Shown here: positions 1 to 9,880 of the stretch, in pieces
How the letters are laid out: each line of letters begins with the position of its first letter
Numbering within the stretch: the first letter of the stretch is position 1
Source: Bdellovibrionota bacterium
GTDB taxonomy: Bacteria > Bdellovibrionota_B > Oligoflexia > Oligoflexales > JAWKNZ01
NCBI GenBank assembly: GCA_041391425.1
Contig: JAWKNZ010000011.1
Span: 8,743-72,742 of the forward strand
Direction: 5' to 3'
DNA length: 64,000 bases
Translations under genes and position numbers: made by a program
Notes under the pieces: model-generated
What the model was told of the DNA's origin: nothing
Seen by the model: only the letters and a program-made list of their open reading frames with translations
Database searches by the model: none

Positions 1-1110
1 TTTCTTGCTGCAACGTGTATTGCAATACTATCGCCAACTTATTGGGTTTCTGTTTATTTCAATTATATCTCGTATCATGGAACGTTATTGCCCCCAGTTA
101 GTTGGCATAGCCATGAGATGATTTTTGGCTTTGTACCAGCTATGTTTTCTGGGTTTTTGTTGACGGCATCATCGCATTGGACCGGTCAGTTACCTATTAA
201 AGGAAAAGTACTGGCAACATTATTTGCTCTATGGTGTTTAGAGCGTATCATTTTTTTGTTGCCGATACCGCCGCTGAGCCAAATGATTTTGAGCATGTCC
301 TTTTTGCTGACATTGACTGTTGTTTTAGGAGTATATTTACGTCAATCTGTTAAGCAGCAGTTGATTTTTACTACCTTCCTTTCAGGTTTTATGATCGCAA
401 AATTTATCATGTTACTGGGCGCTTATCAGAAGAGTGTCTTATTGTATATTGGCCAAGATATGGGCTTAGCTTTAATTCGGCTTTTAATCCTATTGATAGC
501 TTCCCGGGTCCTACCTTTTTTTATTAATAGTCGTTTTAAGCCTGAAATAAAGATTGAATGTCCTAAGGCGGCAAATTTGGCTGTGATAGGATCGGCATTA
601 TTTTTACTTGTTCTCATACCGTTTAACTGGCTGTCTATGCCATCTGTTGGTATCCCTTTATATGCACTTGCAGCAATAGCCGTGTTTTTGCAATTTTTAT
701 ATTACAAGCCTTGGTATAGTGGTAAAGAGCCGATGATTGCGATTTTATTGATAGGGCATTTATGGATTTTCTTTCACTATATATTAGAAATAGTTGTCCT
801 GTTTGACTCCTCTAAAGCGTTTGCCCATCCACATTTACATGCTCTAAGCGCAGGGGCTATCGGATGTATGGGGATCGGAATTATGAGCAGGGTGACACTT
901 GGTCATACAGGTAGAAAAATAACTGCCGATAAATGGACCAAATTTGCTTTTCTATGCGTGATTATCGGAGCTGTGGTTAGGGTTTTAGTGCCGATTTTAT
1001 CGCCAAAAAACTTTCTTTCGAGCGTTCATCATGCAAGTGGTTGGTGGACGCTTGGGTATTTAATATTCTTAATCCGTTATATGAAGTATTGGCTACAGCC
1101 TCGTCTTTGA
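1..1110 (+). CDS. nnrS: NnrS family membrane protein (5' end lies before the window)
   Basis: Frame 1 is open from base 1; motifs WHSHEMIFGF, GFLLTASSHWTG and SRVTLGHTGR; many TM segments. Confidence 0.85.
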   Translation, partial: FLAATCIAILSPTYWVSVYFNYISYHGTLLPPVSWHSHEMIFGFVPAMFSGFLLTASSHWTGQLPIKGKVLATLFALWCLERIIFLLPIPPLSQMILSMSFLLTLTVVLGVYLRQSVKQQLIFTTFLSGFMIAKFIMLLGAYQKSVLLYIGQDMGLALIRLLILLIASRVLPFFINSRFKPEIKIECPKAANLAVIGSALFLLVLIPFNWLSMPSVGIPLYALAAIAVFLQFLYYKPWYSGKEPMIAILLIGHLWIFFHYILEIVVLFDSSKAFAHPHLHALSAGAIGCMGIGIMSRVTLGHTGRKITADKWTKFAFLCVIIGAVVRVLVPILSPKNFLSSVHHASGWWTLGYLIFLIRYMKYWLQPRL

Positions 1111-1131
1111 AATTGTTGCATAGTATTTATT

Positions 1132-2172
1132 TTACTCTATATGCTCTTTGTCTTTATTTTTTATAAATTGCTCGATGTCGCGATTCGTGTTGGTTGTGTT
1201 AAATATTTGCGCGCGTGCTTCTTTTTTTCCTTCTATTTGATTATGATAATACCTTTGTGTGGGATAGGCGAAATCGATGTCTTGACGGCTACCAAACTGA
1301 TCTAATATCGCTCTCCAGAGTTTTGAACTTATCTCGCGTTTTTCCCTGGGATTACAGAGGAATCTTAACGTTATTAATACACCCGATTCCACTACTGAAA
1401 TCCATACCTTTGATTGTAGATGGCTAAAATACATTCTAAGGGATCTGGATGCACGTTTTATTTGGTATTCAGCGGTTTGATTTTGCTTTCCAACGGTTTG
1501 TTCTAAAATTTTGTCAAGGATTTCTTCAGCTTTTTTCCAATTGGATTCAAAGGTAATTAAAATCGGTATTTCGTGCCAAATAAAGTCAAAACCGGCGTGA
1601 AAGTTGGCTACGGGCATGCGAAAAATTTCGCGGTTGGGAATATGGATAATTCGGCCTGTGGGTTGCTGGGCATCTTGACTATCCGCTAGTTCTTGCAATG
1701 AGAAATGGAAAGTTCGAATATCGGCAACATCGCCACTGTGGTTGCCTATTTTTATCCTTTCTCCTATTGAAAATGGCTTGACTGAAATTAAGTAAACCCA
1801 TCCTGCTAAGCTAGCGACAACATCCTGTAATGCTATAGCTAATCCGGCTGATAGCAAACCAAAATAGGTAGAAAAATTGCTGTCTCCGGCAATCCATATT
1901 TTGATTAGCATCGCAATAGAAAGTACTCCAATGGTGATATTGCTATATTTAGTAAGCGAGTACTGCTTTTGACTGTCTAGAATATCGAAGAACGATATAG
2001 TTGATGTTGATATTTTTTTTGCTGCAAAATAAAAGATAAAAACAAGGGTGGTCATGAGTATGCGTTCTGAGGCTTTCTCAGGAATATTAAATAGTGTTGC
2101 TAAACTTGATGCGCCTGTTAGCCATATATTTAAAAGAATTGCAATTGCGAATAAATTTAATAATGTTGGCAA
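1132..2172 (-). CDS. MscS family mechanosensitive channel
   Basis: GLAIALQDVVASLAGW...KPFSIGERIKIG...GDVADI; C-terminal IDFAYPTQ. Confidence 0.85.
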   Translation of the reverse strand: MPTLLNLFAIAILLNIWLTGASSLATLFNIPEKASERILMTTLVFIFYFAAKKISTSTISFFDILDSQKQYSLTKYSNITIGVLSIAMLIKIWIAGDSNFSTYFGLLSAGLAIALQDVVASLAGWVYLISVKPFSIGERIKIGNHSGDVADIRTFHFSLQELADSQDAQQPTGRIIHIPNREIFRMPVANFHAGFDFIWHEIPILITFESNWKKAEEILDKILEQTVGKQNQTAEYQIKRASRSLRMYFSHLQSKVWISVVESGVLITLRFLCNPREKREISSKLWRAILDQFGSRQDIDFAYPTQRYYHNQIEGKKEARAQIFNTTNTNRDIEQFIKNKDKEHIE

Positions 2173-2360
2173 TGATTCGTCGATAATGTTTCGAATTTTT
2201 TGAGAATCGATTTTTTTAAATAAAATCTTTGATAACAGCTTTTTTAAAGATAAAGAGTAGGGAAAGTGTGATAGCGGTTAGAATAAAATTGTAAATAACA
2301 GGAATGGGAATGGAAATATGCTTTTCCAAGTGATCACGTAGATACTGTAAAATAAGTCCA

Positions 2361-5300
2361 TTATCGTTCAAATGTAAGCTCTTTCTGCGAATCGATTAAT
2401 CTAAGTAAACAAGGAACTACAAATAAGGTCATCGCTGTTGATGTGAATAGCCCAAAAAATACCGCAATTCCAAGCGGTTGTAGTATCTTTCCACCTTCTC
2501 CATAGGCTAAGGCTATAGGCAATGCACCGAACAAAGTTGTCAATGTTGTCATTAAAATTGGACGGATCCGCATTTGGCATGCCTTCTTTATAGTGGCAAG
2601 GTGGTCTGTCGGGCCCTTCGATTCATGGCGTTGTTTTTGATAGAAGTCAATAAGCAATATACCATTATTGACGACAAGACCTGAAAGTAAAATGACGCCT
2701 AACATAGAATTTAAAGAAATTGTGCTGTCTCCTAGCCACAGGCCGGTGATAACTCCTATTAATGAAAAAGGCACAGTTATTAGAATAATTAATGGATATT
2801 TAAGAGAGTTAAATGTTATAGCTATGGTCACGAAAACAAGCATAATACTCATAGCTAAGGCCCATTTGAAACTATTTAAAGCAATACTGACCTCTTCATT
2901 TGGATCTGGAAACGTTAAGTGTGCTTCTTGTTTACTGGAAGCTTCCATCAATTTACTTTTGATTTCTGTTAATTTTTTTCCTTGTTCTTGATTTTTTTTG
3001 AAATCAAAAAATATTTGTTGCTTTTGAACACCGTCTATAAATTGCAAAGGTGGGTAGGAGTCGGCTTGATAGCTTATTTCTGCTAAAGCCTTTATTGGAA
3101 CAATCTTATCTTGGATAAGAATTGGTATCGAAGAAAGCTCCTCTATAGTTTGTGCCTGTTGATTTTTATGAAAGGCAATCTGTATATCAGTTTTTTCTCC
3201 CTGTTCCACCAAACTTGTGAACCAATAGCCATTTGAGCCGGCGGCTTGTATATAACGGTAAAATTTTTCTTGTCCATCTACCCATGGTTTAAACTTGTCT
3301 CTAATGCCTTCACTCGGGGTTGCGCGAGGACGTTTCCGCGTTATACCTCCCGAGTTTTTTAGGATTGTTTCGACTTGTTTCGTACTACGATTTAAGGCAG
3401 CCTCCTCGGCTCCACTAACTTCGACTATAAGATCATGGCTTTCAGGTAACGGCATAGCTCCAGGGTCGAAGTATTCGACGCGGTAATTTGCCTCTGGAGT
3501 GATGTCAAATCTTTCTAAGAAATCATTTTTGAAGCTATCAAATAATTGTCGATCTTTTAAAGCTGCCGTTATAGTTCCTCCTTCAGCATTCCAAAATTGT
3601 GTTGAATGGCTTGAAATTTCTTTCCTTTCTGATAGCCAAGCTTCGATATTATTTGTGTAGCTTTTTGCAAGGCTTATATCATTATTTTCAGGCAACTCTA
3701 TATAGATCGAAGCTAATTTTGAATTTGGTTTTGCAATAATTTCTTGCTTAAGGAAGGGTAAGAGGAAGAAACTAGCTAAAAATAACATGAGTGCTACTGC
3801 AATAATAGCAACAGAACGGGATTTGTTTTTTAATACCCAGTTTAAATATATATCATACGTGTTGTTAAGCCAGGATAATAAACTATCCTCCATCGATTTT
3901 TTATCGCTATTATTTTTACTTTGAATAAATTTGTAACTTAATCCTGGGACAATAATCAGAGCTGAAAGGATTGAAGTCGTCAACACGAAAATTACGGCTT
4001 TGGTTAGATCTCCTAAAACGGCTTTTGAATAAGATTTTGTATAAAGTATAGGAAAAAAAACTACTATTGAAGTTAATATCGAAGCTGCAATGGGAATAGC
4101 AACTTCTTTAGTTGCAATGATAATTTCTTGAGCACGCTCAATAGGAGAAAGTTTATTTTTTATATCTGCAAGGCGTCGAAAAATATTTTCCAAAGCAACA
4201 ATAGAGCTGTCTACGATCATGCCTATACCGATTGCTAGCCCCCCTAGAGAAACAATATTGAGGGTGACACCGAATAGACTCATCAGTAGGAACGAGCTAA
4301 TAATGCAAAACGGGATGGAAATTGCGATAATAATTGTATTTTTTATGGCGCCAAGAAAAAAATAAATCACCGCTATGGCTACGAGTCCTCCAATGACTGC
4401 ATTGCTAATAAGGTTTTCAATAGCGCGTTGTATAAATTCGGAAGGATTCACTATTATGGAATAACTAATTTCTGGATGGTTTATTTGAAAGCTGGCGAGT
4501 TCTTGCTCGACATGATCACATGCGCGTTTGACATCTCCATTTGGCTCAAGGCTAACATACATAAAGCTACCATCTTCTCCGTTGAGCCGGCTGATCCGTT
4601 CATCAGGAGTGTAACGAGATGTTACTCTAGCCACGTCACCAATGTTTAGAGTTCTTCCTAATTTTAAGTCATAATGAATTGGCTTTTGGACTATATCTTC
4701 TATGGCTTCAGCTGAAGCTGGCAATGTGATTTGAATTTGCTGGTTTGTCGTCGATTCTATAGCGCCGATATTCTTAGAATTTATCGCCAATTTTATTGCT
4801 GACTCCAAGGTGTTTAGATCGACTTGATAATTTAATAGTTTATTAATATCAACTTCGATAACTTTGATAGGTTCGACGCGACCTCCTACCCATACCGAGT
4901 CAACGCCTTTGAGTCCTTCAAGGACAGGTCGTAATCTATTGTTTAATAATTCTCCTAGTTCAGACTTAGTTAACTTTTTACTGCCATAAGATATACGCAT
5001 ATATCCAGTACTTCTAGCGCTGCGAGAGTGAGAAAAATAACTGAGCCTATTATTAGAACTAGCTTCTGCGGGTTGGAAAATTTCTTTTATATCTTGTTCA
5101 GCCTTGTCTTCATCTATATCCCATTCAAATTCTACAGTATAGCGTCCTCGTCCTTTACTATAAACTGCAGTCACACTTTCGACTCCATCTAAGCTTCGTA
5201 ATTGTTGCTCGAAGTTTTGCCCATAGGAGTTATATAGGTCGGCAGGAGAGATAATGTCTCCATGAGAAAAGCCAACCACAATAGTAGGTTTGACCATATT

Positions 5301-5411
5301 GGGATACATTTTGATTGGAAGGTGACTCAAGGAGATGAGTCCACCAATCATTAGAGCAGCGATGGTTAACAGTATTGCTGTCGGATTACGAAGGTATTGA
5401 GTCGAGTTCAT
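2361..5411 (-). CDS. RND efflux transporter permease (AcrB/MdtC-like)
   Basis: ~1016 aa; two TM blocks; GMIVDSSIVALENIFRR, GLVVNNGILLIDF, RIRPILMTT; start placed at ATG 5411. Confidence 0.9.
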   Translation of the reverse strand: MNSTQYLRNPTAILLTIAALMIGGLISLSHLPIKMYPNMVKPTIVVGFSHGDIISPADLYNSYGQNFEQQLRSLDGVESVTAVYSKGRGRYTVEFEWDIDEDKAEQDIKEIFQPAEASSNNRLSYFSHSRSARSTGYMRISYGSKKLTKSELGELLNNRLRPVLEGLKGVDSVWVGGRVEPIKVIEVDINKLLNYQVDLNTLESAIKLAINSKNIGAIESTTNQQIQITLPASAEAIEDIVQKPIHYDLKLGRTLNIGDVARVTSRYTPDERISRLNGEDGSFMYVSLEPNGDVKRACDHVEQELASFQINHPEISYSIIVNPSEFIQRAIENLISNAVIGGLVAIAVIYFFLGAIKNTIIIAISIPFCIISSFLLMSLFGVTLNIVSLGGLAIGIGMIVDSSIVALENIFRRLADIKNKLSPIERAQEIIIATKEVAIPIAASILTSIVVFFPILYTKSYSKAVLGDLTKAVIFVLTTSILSALIIVPGLSYKFIQSKNNSDKKSMEDSLLSWLNNTYDIYLNWVLKNKSRSVAIIAVALMLFLASFFLLPFLKQEIIAKPNSKLASIYIELPENNDISLAKSYTNNIEAWLSERKEISSHSTQFWNAEGGTITAALKDRQLFDSFKNDFLERFDITPEANYRVEYFDPGAMPLPESHDLIVEVSGAEEAALNRSTKQVETILKNSGGITRKRPRATPSEGIRDKFKPWVDGQEKFYRYIQAAGSNGYWFTSLVEQGEKTDIQIAFHKNQQAQTIEELSSIPILIQDKIVPIKALAEISYQADSYPPLQFIDGVQKQQIFFDFKKNQEQGKKLTEIKSKLMEASSKQEAHLTFPDPNEEVSIALNSFKWALAMSIMLVFVTIAITFNSLKYPLIILITVPFSLIGVITGLWLGDSTISLNSMLGVILLSGLVVNNGILLIDFYQKQRHESKGPTDHLATIKKACQMRIRPILMTTLTTLFGALPIALAYGEGGKILQPLGIAVFFGLFTSTAMTLFVVPCLLRLIDSQKELTFER

Positions 5412-5437
5412 GTCCGGACACCTTAGCAATGTTTGGT

Positions 5438-6406
5438 TTATTTTCGTTTAATGACCGCAACTTCTTCGCCAACCTGTAAAGGCTCTTTGGCCGCTTTACT
5501 GATTATAGTCATTCCTTCTTTTAAATCTGGGGATTGTATTTCCCATTGATCTTCGTTTTTAGTCGCAACATTTACGGATATTTTTTTGACTTTATTGTCG
5601 TCGTCAATACTATATAAAAAATAGTTGCCACTAGATCCTTTTACTCGAGTTGATGCAATAATAAACCCTTCTTTGTCACCAAGGGTGAAACGAAAGTGAA
5701 TTAACTGTCCAGGCTTTAAATTCGGCTGCGCAGCTATAGATACCGTGACTTCTTGTGTTCCTAAATTAGGATCAATTAGAGGGGATATAGCAGTTATTTT
5801 TGCTTCAATTGGAGTAGAAGTGTCTTCTTCAAAGAAAGCGGGTACCTGTTGGTTTATGGTAGTAAAGGATAAGTCATCTTGAGTCATATGTAGTTTGCAT
5901 TTATAACCATTAGCTTGATAAATTCGCATGATACTTGAATTCTTTGTTATAAAATCTCCCACGCTATAAGGCGATTCTTGGATGATTCCATTAATTTTCG
6001 CTGTTAAACGCATTGCATTTCTATATTGGTCTACTCCAGTGGGCTGTAAAATCGCGATGGTTTCTCCTTTTTTAACGGTATCACCAACTCTTTTCAGCAG
6101 TTTTTCAACGACAGCATCCAGGGGTGTATAGACACCCATAGACAAAAGCGGTTCGATTCTCCCGTAATATATAGACAAACGGGAAATTTTTGTCTTCTTT
6201 AAAGGTTCTGTGAATACTTGATTTTTTTTTAATACTGTTTTCTGCGAAGGCCCTTGCTTATGATTTTCTTCGGCTATAGCAGGTTTTTGTGTGAATAGGA
6301 AAGACGTACAAAAAATAAGATTTATAATAAGTATCGCAGTTTTGCTTTTCGCAAGGCGATATTTTGTACAACAGATAATACGAAGCGAGCTTGATATATC
6401 AGACAT
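5438..6406 (-). CDS. RND efflux periplasmic adaptor (membrane fusion protein)
   Basis: Lipoyl-like VGDTVKKGETIA and VGDFI halves; ISPLIDPNLGT, LKPGQ; lies between the TolC and RND genes; probable start MSDISS at 6406. Confidence 0.8.
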   Translation of the reverse strand: MSDISSSLRIICCTKYRLAKSKTAILIINLIFCTSFLFTQKPAIAEENHKQGPSQKTVLKKNQVFTEPLKKTKISRLSIYYGRIEPLLSMGVYTPLDAVVEKLLKRVGDTVKKGETIAILQPTGVDQYRNAMRLTAKINGIIQESPYSVGDFITKNSSIMRIYQANGYKCKLHMTQDDLSFTTINQQVPAFFEEDTSTPIEAKITAISPLIDPNLGTQEVTVSIAAQPNLKPGQLIHFRFTLGDKEGFIIASTRVKGSSGNYFLYSIDDDNKVKKISVNVATKNEDQWEIQSPDLKEGMTIISKAAKEPLQVGEEVAVIKRK

Positions 6407-6419
6407 TTTTTTACTCCCA

Positions 6420-7826
6420 TTAACGGCTGGTGCTACCGACAATATAATCGAGTTCATTAAGTGCCACCTCAATATCATTGATTTTGCGAGCAAGAGCGAT
6501 TCGATCATTTTGTAATTTTACCTTATCTTCAAGGAGATCTCTAATATTTGTAGCACCATTCTTATAGCGCTTTTCTGTATCTTTTAATAAGCCCTCTCTA
6601 ATTTCTAACCTCTGCTTTAACATTTCATAGTTTGAAAAAAATGTTTGTAATTTATCAATTAATGCCCTTAGAGTTGCCTTAACTTCTTCTATCATAATTT
6701 CATTATCCAAGTTATTTTCTTGTAATTTATTTTTGAATATCGATTTTTGATACCTTTCATCAAAGGAGGAAAAAATTGGGTAATTAAAGTTAATAGTGAA
6801 AAATATTGGGTCTTGTGGATCTGGGATTCTCTCCTTTTGTACGTGATAGTTCCAACTTGCGGCTAAATTTAGTTTGGGTCTAAAATTTGCTAGTGCCTGG
6901 GTCCGCTCGGACTCCAAGATTGAAGCGTCGATTGCAAGTATCTTATATTGTGGGTGTGCTATCTTATAAGATTTAAGCAATCCTTCGATAGCAACAGCTT
7001 GTGTTTTATTTGCGAGCTCTGAAAAAAAGCTTTCTGCTTTAGGAGTTAGATGAAGTTTATTATCTTCTTTGCTGATGTCTATTTTGATGCCTTCTAATCC
7101 GGTAAGGTGATATAAATTTGTTTTGCTCTTTAGGCTTTGTTGTTCAACTTCTGATAACTGCATTTTGTTCTGCAGGTGATTTAAACGTTGTAAGTCACGT
7201 TCTTCTTTACTGGCATAGCCGCGTTTGTATTGCACTTCAGCTTCATCAAGTAGCTTTCTATCTTCCTTTAAGGCCTCAAGGAGGAGATTTGCTTGTGTTG
7301 ATAAGGCATAAAAATTGAGCCATTCCTCTTTTATATCGTGAATCAAAGTATTTTCTGCATTTTTTAGCTCTAGGCTCGCCTTTTCGATCAAGAGCTGTGC
7401 TTTTGAGTAGGTTGAAATATCCTTAAGCCCATTAAAAATATTTTGGCTTAGGGTTAAGGCACTGCCATAACTCAGTGGTTTTCCCAGTTGGCTACCTTCA
7501 TGTGTGATCGGTCCATCTAGTGCCTTGCTTTGTGATAAAGATGCGGAAAAATCGAGCCGTGGATAATAAAGATTTTTTTTACTTTCTTTATAGTCAAGTT
7601 CAAGGCTTTGAATTTTGTTTTTTATTTTTTTTAATTTTAAATTACTGGTTAATCCGTGTTCAATGAGTTGTGATAATGTTGCCTTTTGTACTGTAGCAGC
7701 TCTTATGGTGTTTTCATTACTAGAGAAAATCATCGATAGAATAATTAAAAGAAAAGGTTTATGCCTTCCTATCGCAGGGCCTATTTTTCGATTTTTATTT
7801 ATTTCGAAATTAATCATGTTCACCAT
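6420..7826 (-). CDS. TolC family outer membrane efflux protein
   Basis: YPRLDFSAS and FRPKLNL repeats, coiled coils, RYKNGATN; first gene of the efflux operon. Confidence 0.85.
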   Translation of the reverse strand: MVNMINFEINKNRKIGPAIGRHKPFLLIILSMIFSSNENTIRAATVQKATLSQLIEHGLTSNLKLKKIKNKIQSLELDYKESKKNLYYPRLDFSASLSQSKALDGPITHEGSQLGKPLSYGSALTLSQNIFNGLKDISTYSKAQLLIEKASLELKNAENTLIHDIKEEWLNFYALSTQANLLLEALKEDRKLLDEAEVQYKRGYASKEERDLQRLNHLQNKMQLSEVEQQSLKSKTNLYHLTGLEGIKIDISKEDNKLHLTPKAESFFSELANKTQAVAIEGLLKSYKIAHPQYKILAIDASILESERTQALANFRPKLNLAASWNYHVQKERIPDPQDPIFFTINFNYPIFSSFDERYQKSIFKNKLQENNLDNEIMIEEVKATLRALIDKLQTFFSNYEMLKQRLEIREGLLKDTEKRYKNGATNIRDLLEDKVKLQNDRIALARKINDIEVALNELDYIVGSTSR

Positions 7827-8084
7827 GATGAAAATTAGCTAAAAAAATACAGCAAGTTAGTTTAATTTTTATTTTCTAGGATAGCAAAATTAAAATATCT
7901 AGGCGAGAGAATAGAATTTGGTTAATTAATTTTTAATTAAGAGTAGATTTTCATTTAGTATCTATTTGAAATTACGGATATATTGATAAATGCGTAGTAT
8001 TTGGTTATGGTATTAGCTAGATTAAGATCTCAGTGTGTTGTCAAAGGTAATTAAATAACTGATCGAAATAATTGAGGATCAGCC

Positions 8085-9131
8085 ATGCGAAAAATATATA
8101 AAACTGTGATTGATGGAATTGGATGTGCTTTGCCGGAAAAGATTGTTACTAATGATGATCTTGCGAAAGTAATGGATACTAGTGATGAATGGATTCGAGA
8201 ACGAACTGGTATCAGAGAGAGGCGCGTAGCTGAAGCTGATGTTGGAACCTCTGACTTAGGAGTAACAGCGGCGAAAGAAGCGATAAAGAATGCAAAGTGT
8301 GACCTTAATGATATTGATTTGGTGATTGCTGCTACTCTTTCTCCTGATTATAACTTTCCCGGTATAGGCGTACTAATTCAAGATAAACTTGGTCTGAAGG
8401 ATGTGGCGGGTTTTGACGTTAGGGCACAGTGTAGCGGGTTTGCCTGGGGGTTAAGCGCTGCAGATGCGTTTATTGGTAGTGGGCAGTATAAAAAGATTTT
8501 ATTAGTGGGTGCTGAAATTCACAGCAAGGTGCTGGAGTTTAGTACTTGGGGGCGGTATATTAGTGTCTTGTTTGGAGATGCTGCTGGGGCCGCTGTTCTT
8601 TCAGCTCATGAGTGTGTGTCTTCGGATTTATATCCTCATGCAAAAAACAATCAGGAGCGGGGTATTATAGATAGCCTTATGGGGAGTGATGGCAGTGGTG
8701 CTACATCGTTAGCCATGTTGCGCCCAGGAATGGCTGCAGGCTATGAGGACTTTGTGACTCTTGAGGATGTGGAAAAGAAGAGTTTTCATCCAGTTATGGA
8801 AGGACAACTTATTTATAAAAATGCGGTACGGCGAATGTCAGAGGCTAGTGCTACCTTGCTTGAACGCAACAGTCTTAATGCTTCTGATTTAGATTTATTG
8901 ATACCACACCAGGCTAATCTTAGAATTTCGGAAGCTCTAAGGAAGAAATTAGGGCTTCCAGAAGAAAAAGTAATTAATAATATCCAAAAATATGGAAATA
9001 CTACCGCCGCCACTTTACCTTTATGTATGGACGAAGCTATTAAAGATGGACGATTAAAACCGGGCTCATTAGTTATGACTGTTGCTTTTGGGGCAGGCTT
9101 TACTTGGGGTGCTAATTTAATACGATGGTAA
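8085..9131 (+). CDS. fabH: Beta-ketoacyl-ACP synthase III
   Basis: DTSDEWIRERTGIRERR, AQCSGF, PHQANLRI, GNTTAA, FGAGFTWG. Confidence 0.95.
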   Translation: MRKIYKTVIDGIGCALPEKIVTNDDLAKVMDTSDEWIRERTGIRERRVAEADVGTSDLGVTAAKEAIKNAKCDLNDIDLVIAATLSPDYNFPGIGVLIQDKLGLKDVAGFDVRAQCSGFAWGLSAADAFIGSGQYKKILLVGAEIHSKVLEFSTWGRYISVLFGDAAGAAVLSAHECVSSDLYPHAKNNQERGIIDSLMGSDGSGATSLAMLRPGMAAGYEDFVTLEDVEKKSFHPVMEGQLIYKNAVRRMSEASATLLERNSLNASDLDLLIPHQANLRISEALRKKLGLPEEKVINNIQKYGNTTAATLPLCMDEAIKDGRLKPGSLVMTVAFGAGFTWGANLIRW

Positions 9132-9149
9132 CAACTATAGCCGCCCGGC

Positions 9150-9348
9150 TGAGCGAAGCGAAGTATCTTGAAGTTCTTATGAGATATCGTCATGTTGAGC
9201 GAAGCGAAATATCTTGAAGTTCTTATGAGATATCGTCATGTTGAGCGAAGCGAAATATCTTGAAGTTCTTATGAGATATCGTCATGTTGAGCGAAGCGAA
9301 ATATCTTGAAGTTCTTATGAACATGAAGATTCTTCGCCTTTGCGCTAG
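9150..9348. repeat. 46-bp tandem repeat (3.7 near-identical units) forming the amplified left arm of a REP-like palindrome
   Basis: Unit TGAGCGAAGCGAAATATCTTGAAGTTCTTATGAGATATCGTCATGT starts at 9150, 9196, 9242 and 9288; followed by AAGATTCTTCGC, which is partly complementary to GCGAAATATCTT. Confidence 0.9.
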
Positions 9349-9410
9349 ATCTTGTTCTTGATGCCATGAGATATTCTCTTCAATATCTTTCGTGACTTAT
9401 GGATAATAAG

Positions 9411-9851
9411 CTATAAGACTATGCAAACAGTGTCTGATGGTGGCGATTGTGCTATCGAATTGGCCGCAACCAATATAAAGCAAACCTCTTTGCTTTTTGC
9501 TTGTGCTAATGCGGCTTCGTCCGTTATTACGACTTGTACGGCTGGAGAAGTTAAGCTTAACGTCTTTCCGACGTCGAAACGCTTTTGCCAGCTCAAAGGA
9601 GTTTTTTCACTTGCTTTAATGATATAGTGGGTGATGTCCGTTTGCTTTGGAGCGTCCCATCTAAAAGTCAGTAAAGTGCCGTCATTTGTAACCTCGATAT
9701 TACCACTGTCAGGTTCTTTTTGGCTATTTATGTTGGCTTTTGAGCGTGTAGAAATAATTTGTTTTTGGCTATCTCCACATGCTGAAACTAGAAATACTAA
9801 TAAGAAAGAAAGTAGCCCATTTAAAAAATATTTTTTTGATTTTTTTTGCAT
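9411..9851 (-). CDS. Lipoprotein with a fibronectin type III-like domain
   Basis: Lipobox LVSA-C; LTFRWDAP...HYII...FDVG...FILVAAN...SPPSD pattern; 29 bp downstream of the 1167-aa gene. Confidence 0.7.
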   Translation of the reverse strand: MQKKSKKYFLNGLLSFLLVFLVSACGDSQKQIISTRSKANINSQKEPDSGNIEVTNDGTLLTFRWDAPKQTDITHYIIKASEKTPLSWQKRFDVGKTLSLTSPAVQVVITDEAALAQAKSKEVCFILVAANSIAQSPPSDTVCIVL

Positions 9852-9880
9852 TGTTGTACCTTAAATCTAATTTATAAAGA

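Noticed and set aside
9150..9320. Possible CRISPR array
   Set aside because: Units are contiguous near-identical 46-mers with no variable spacers, and no cas genes are present
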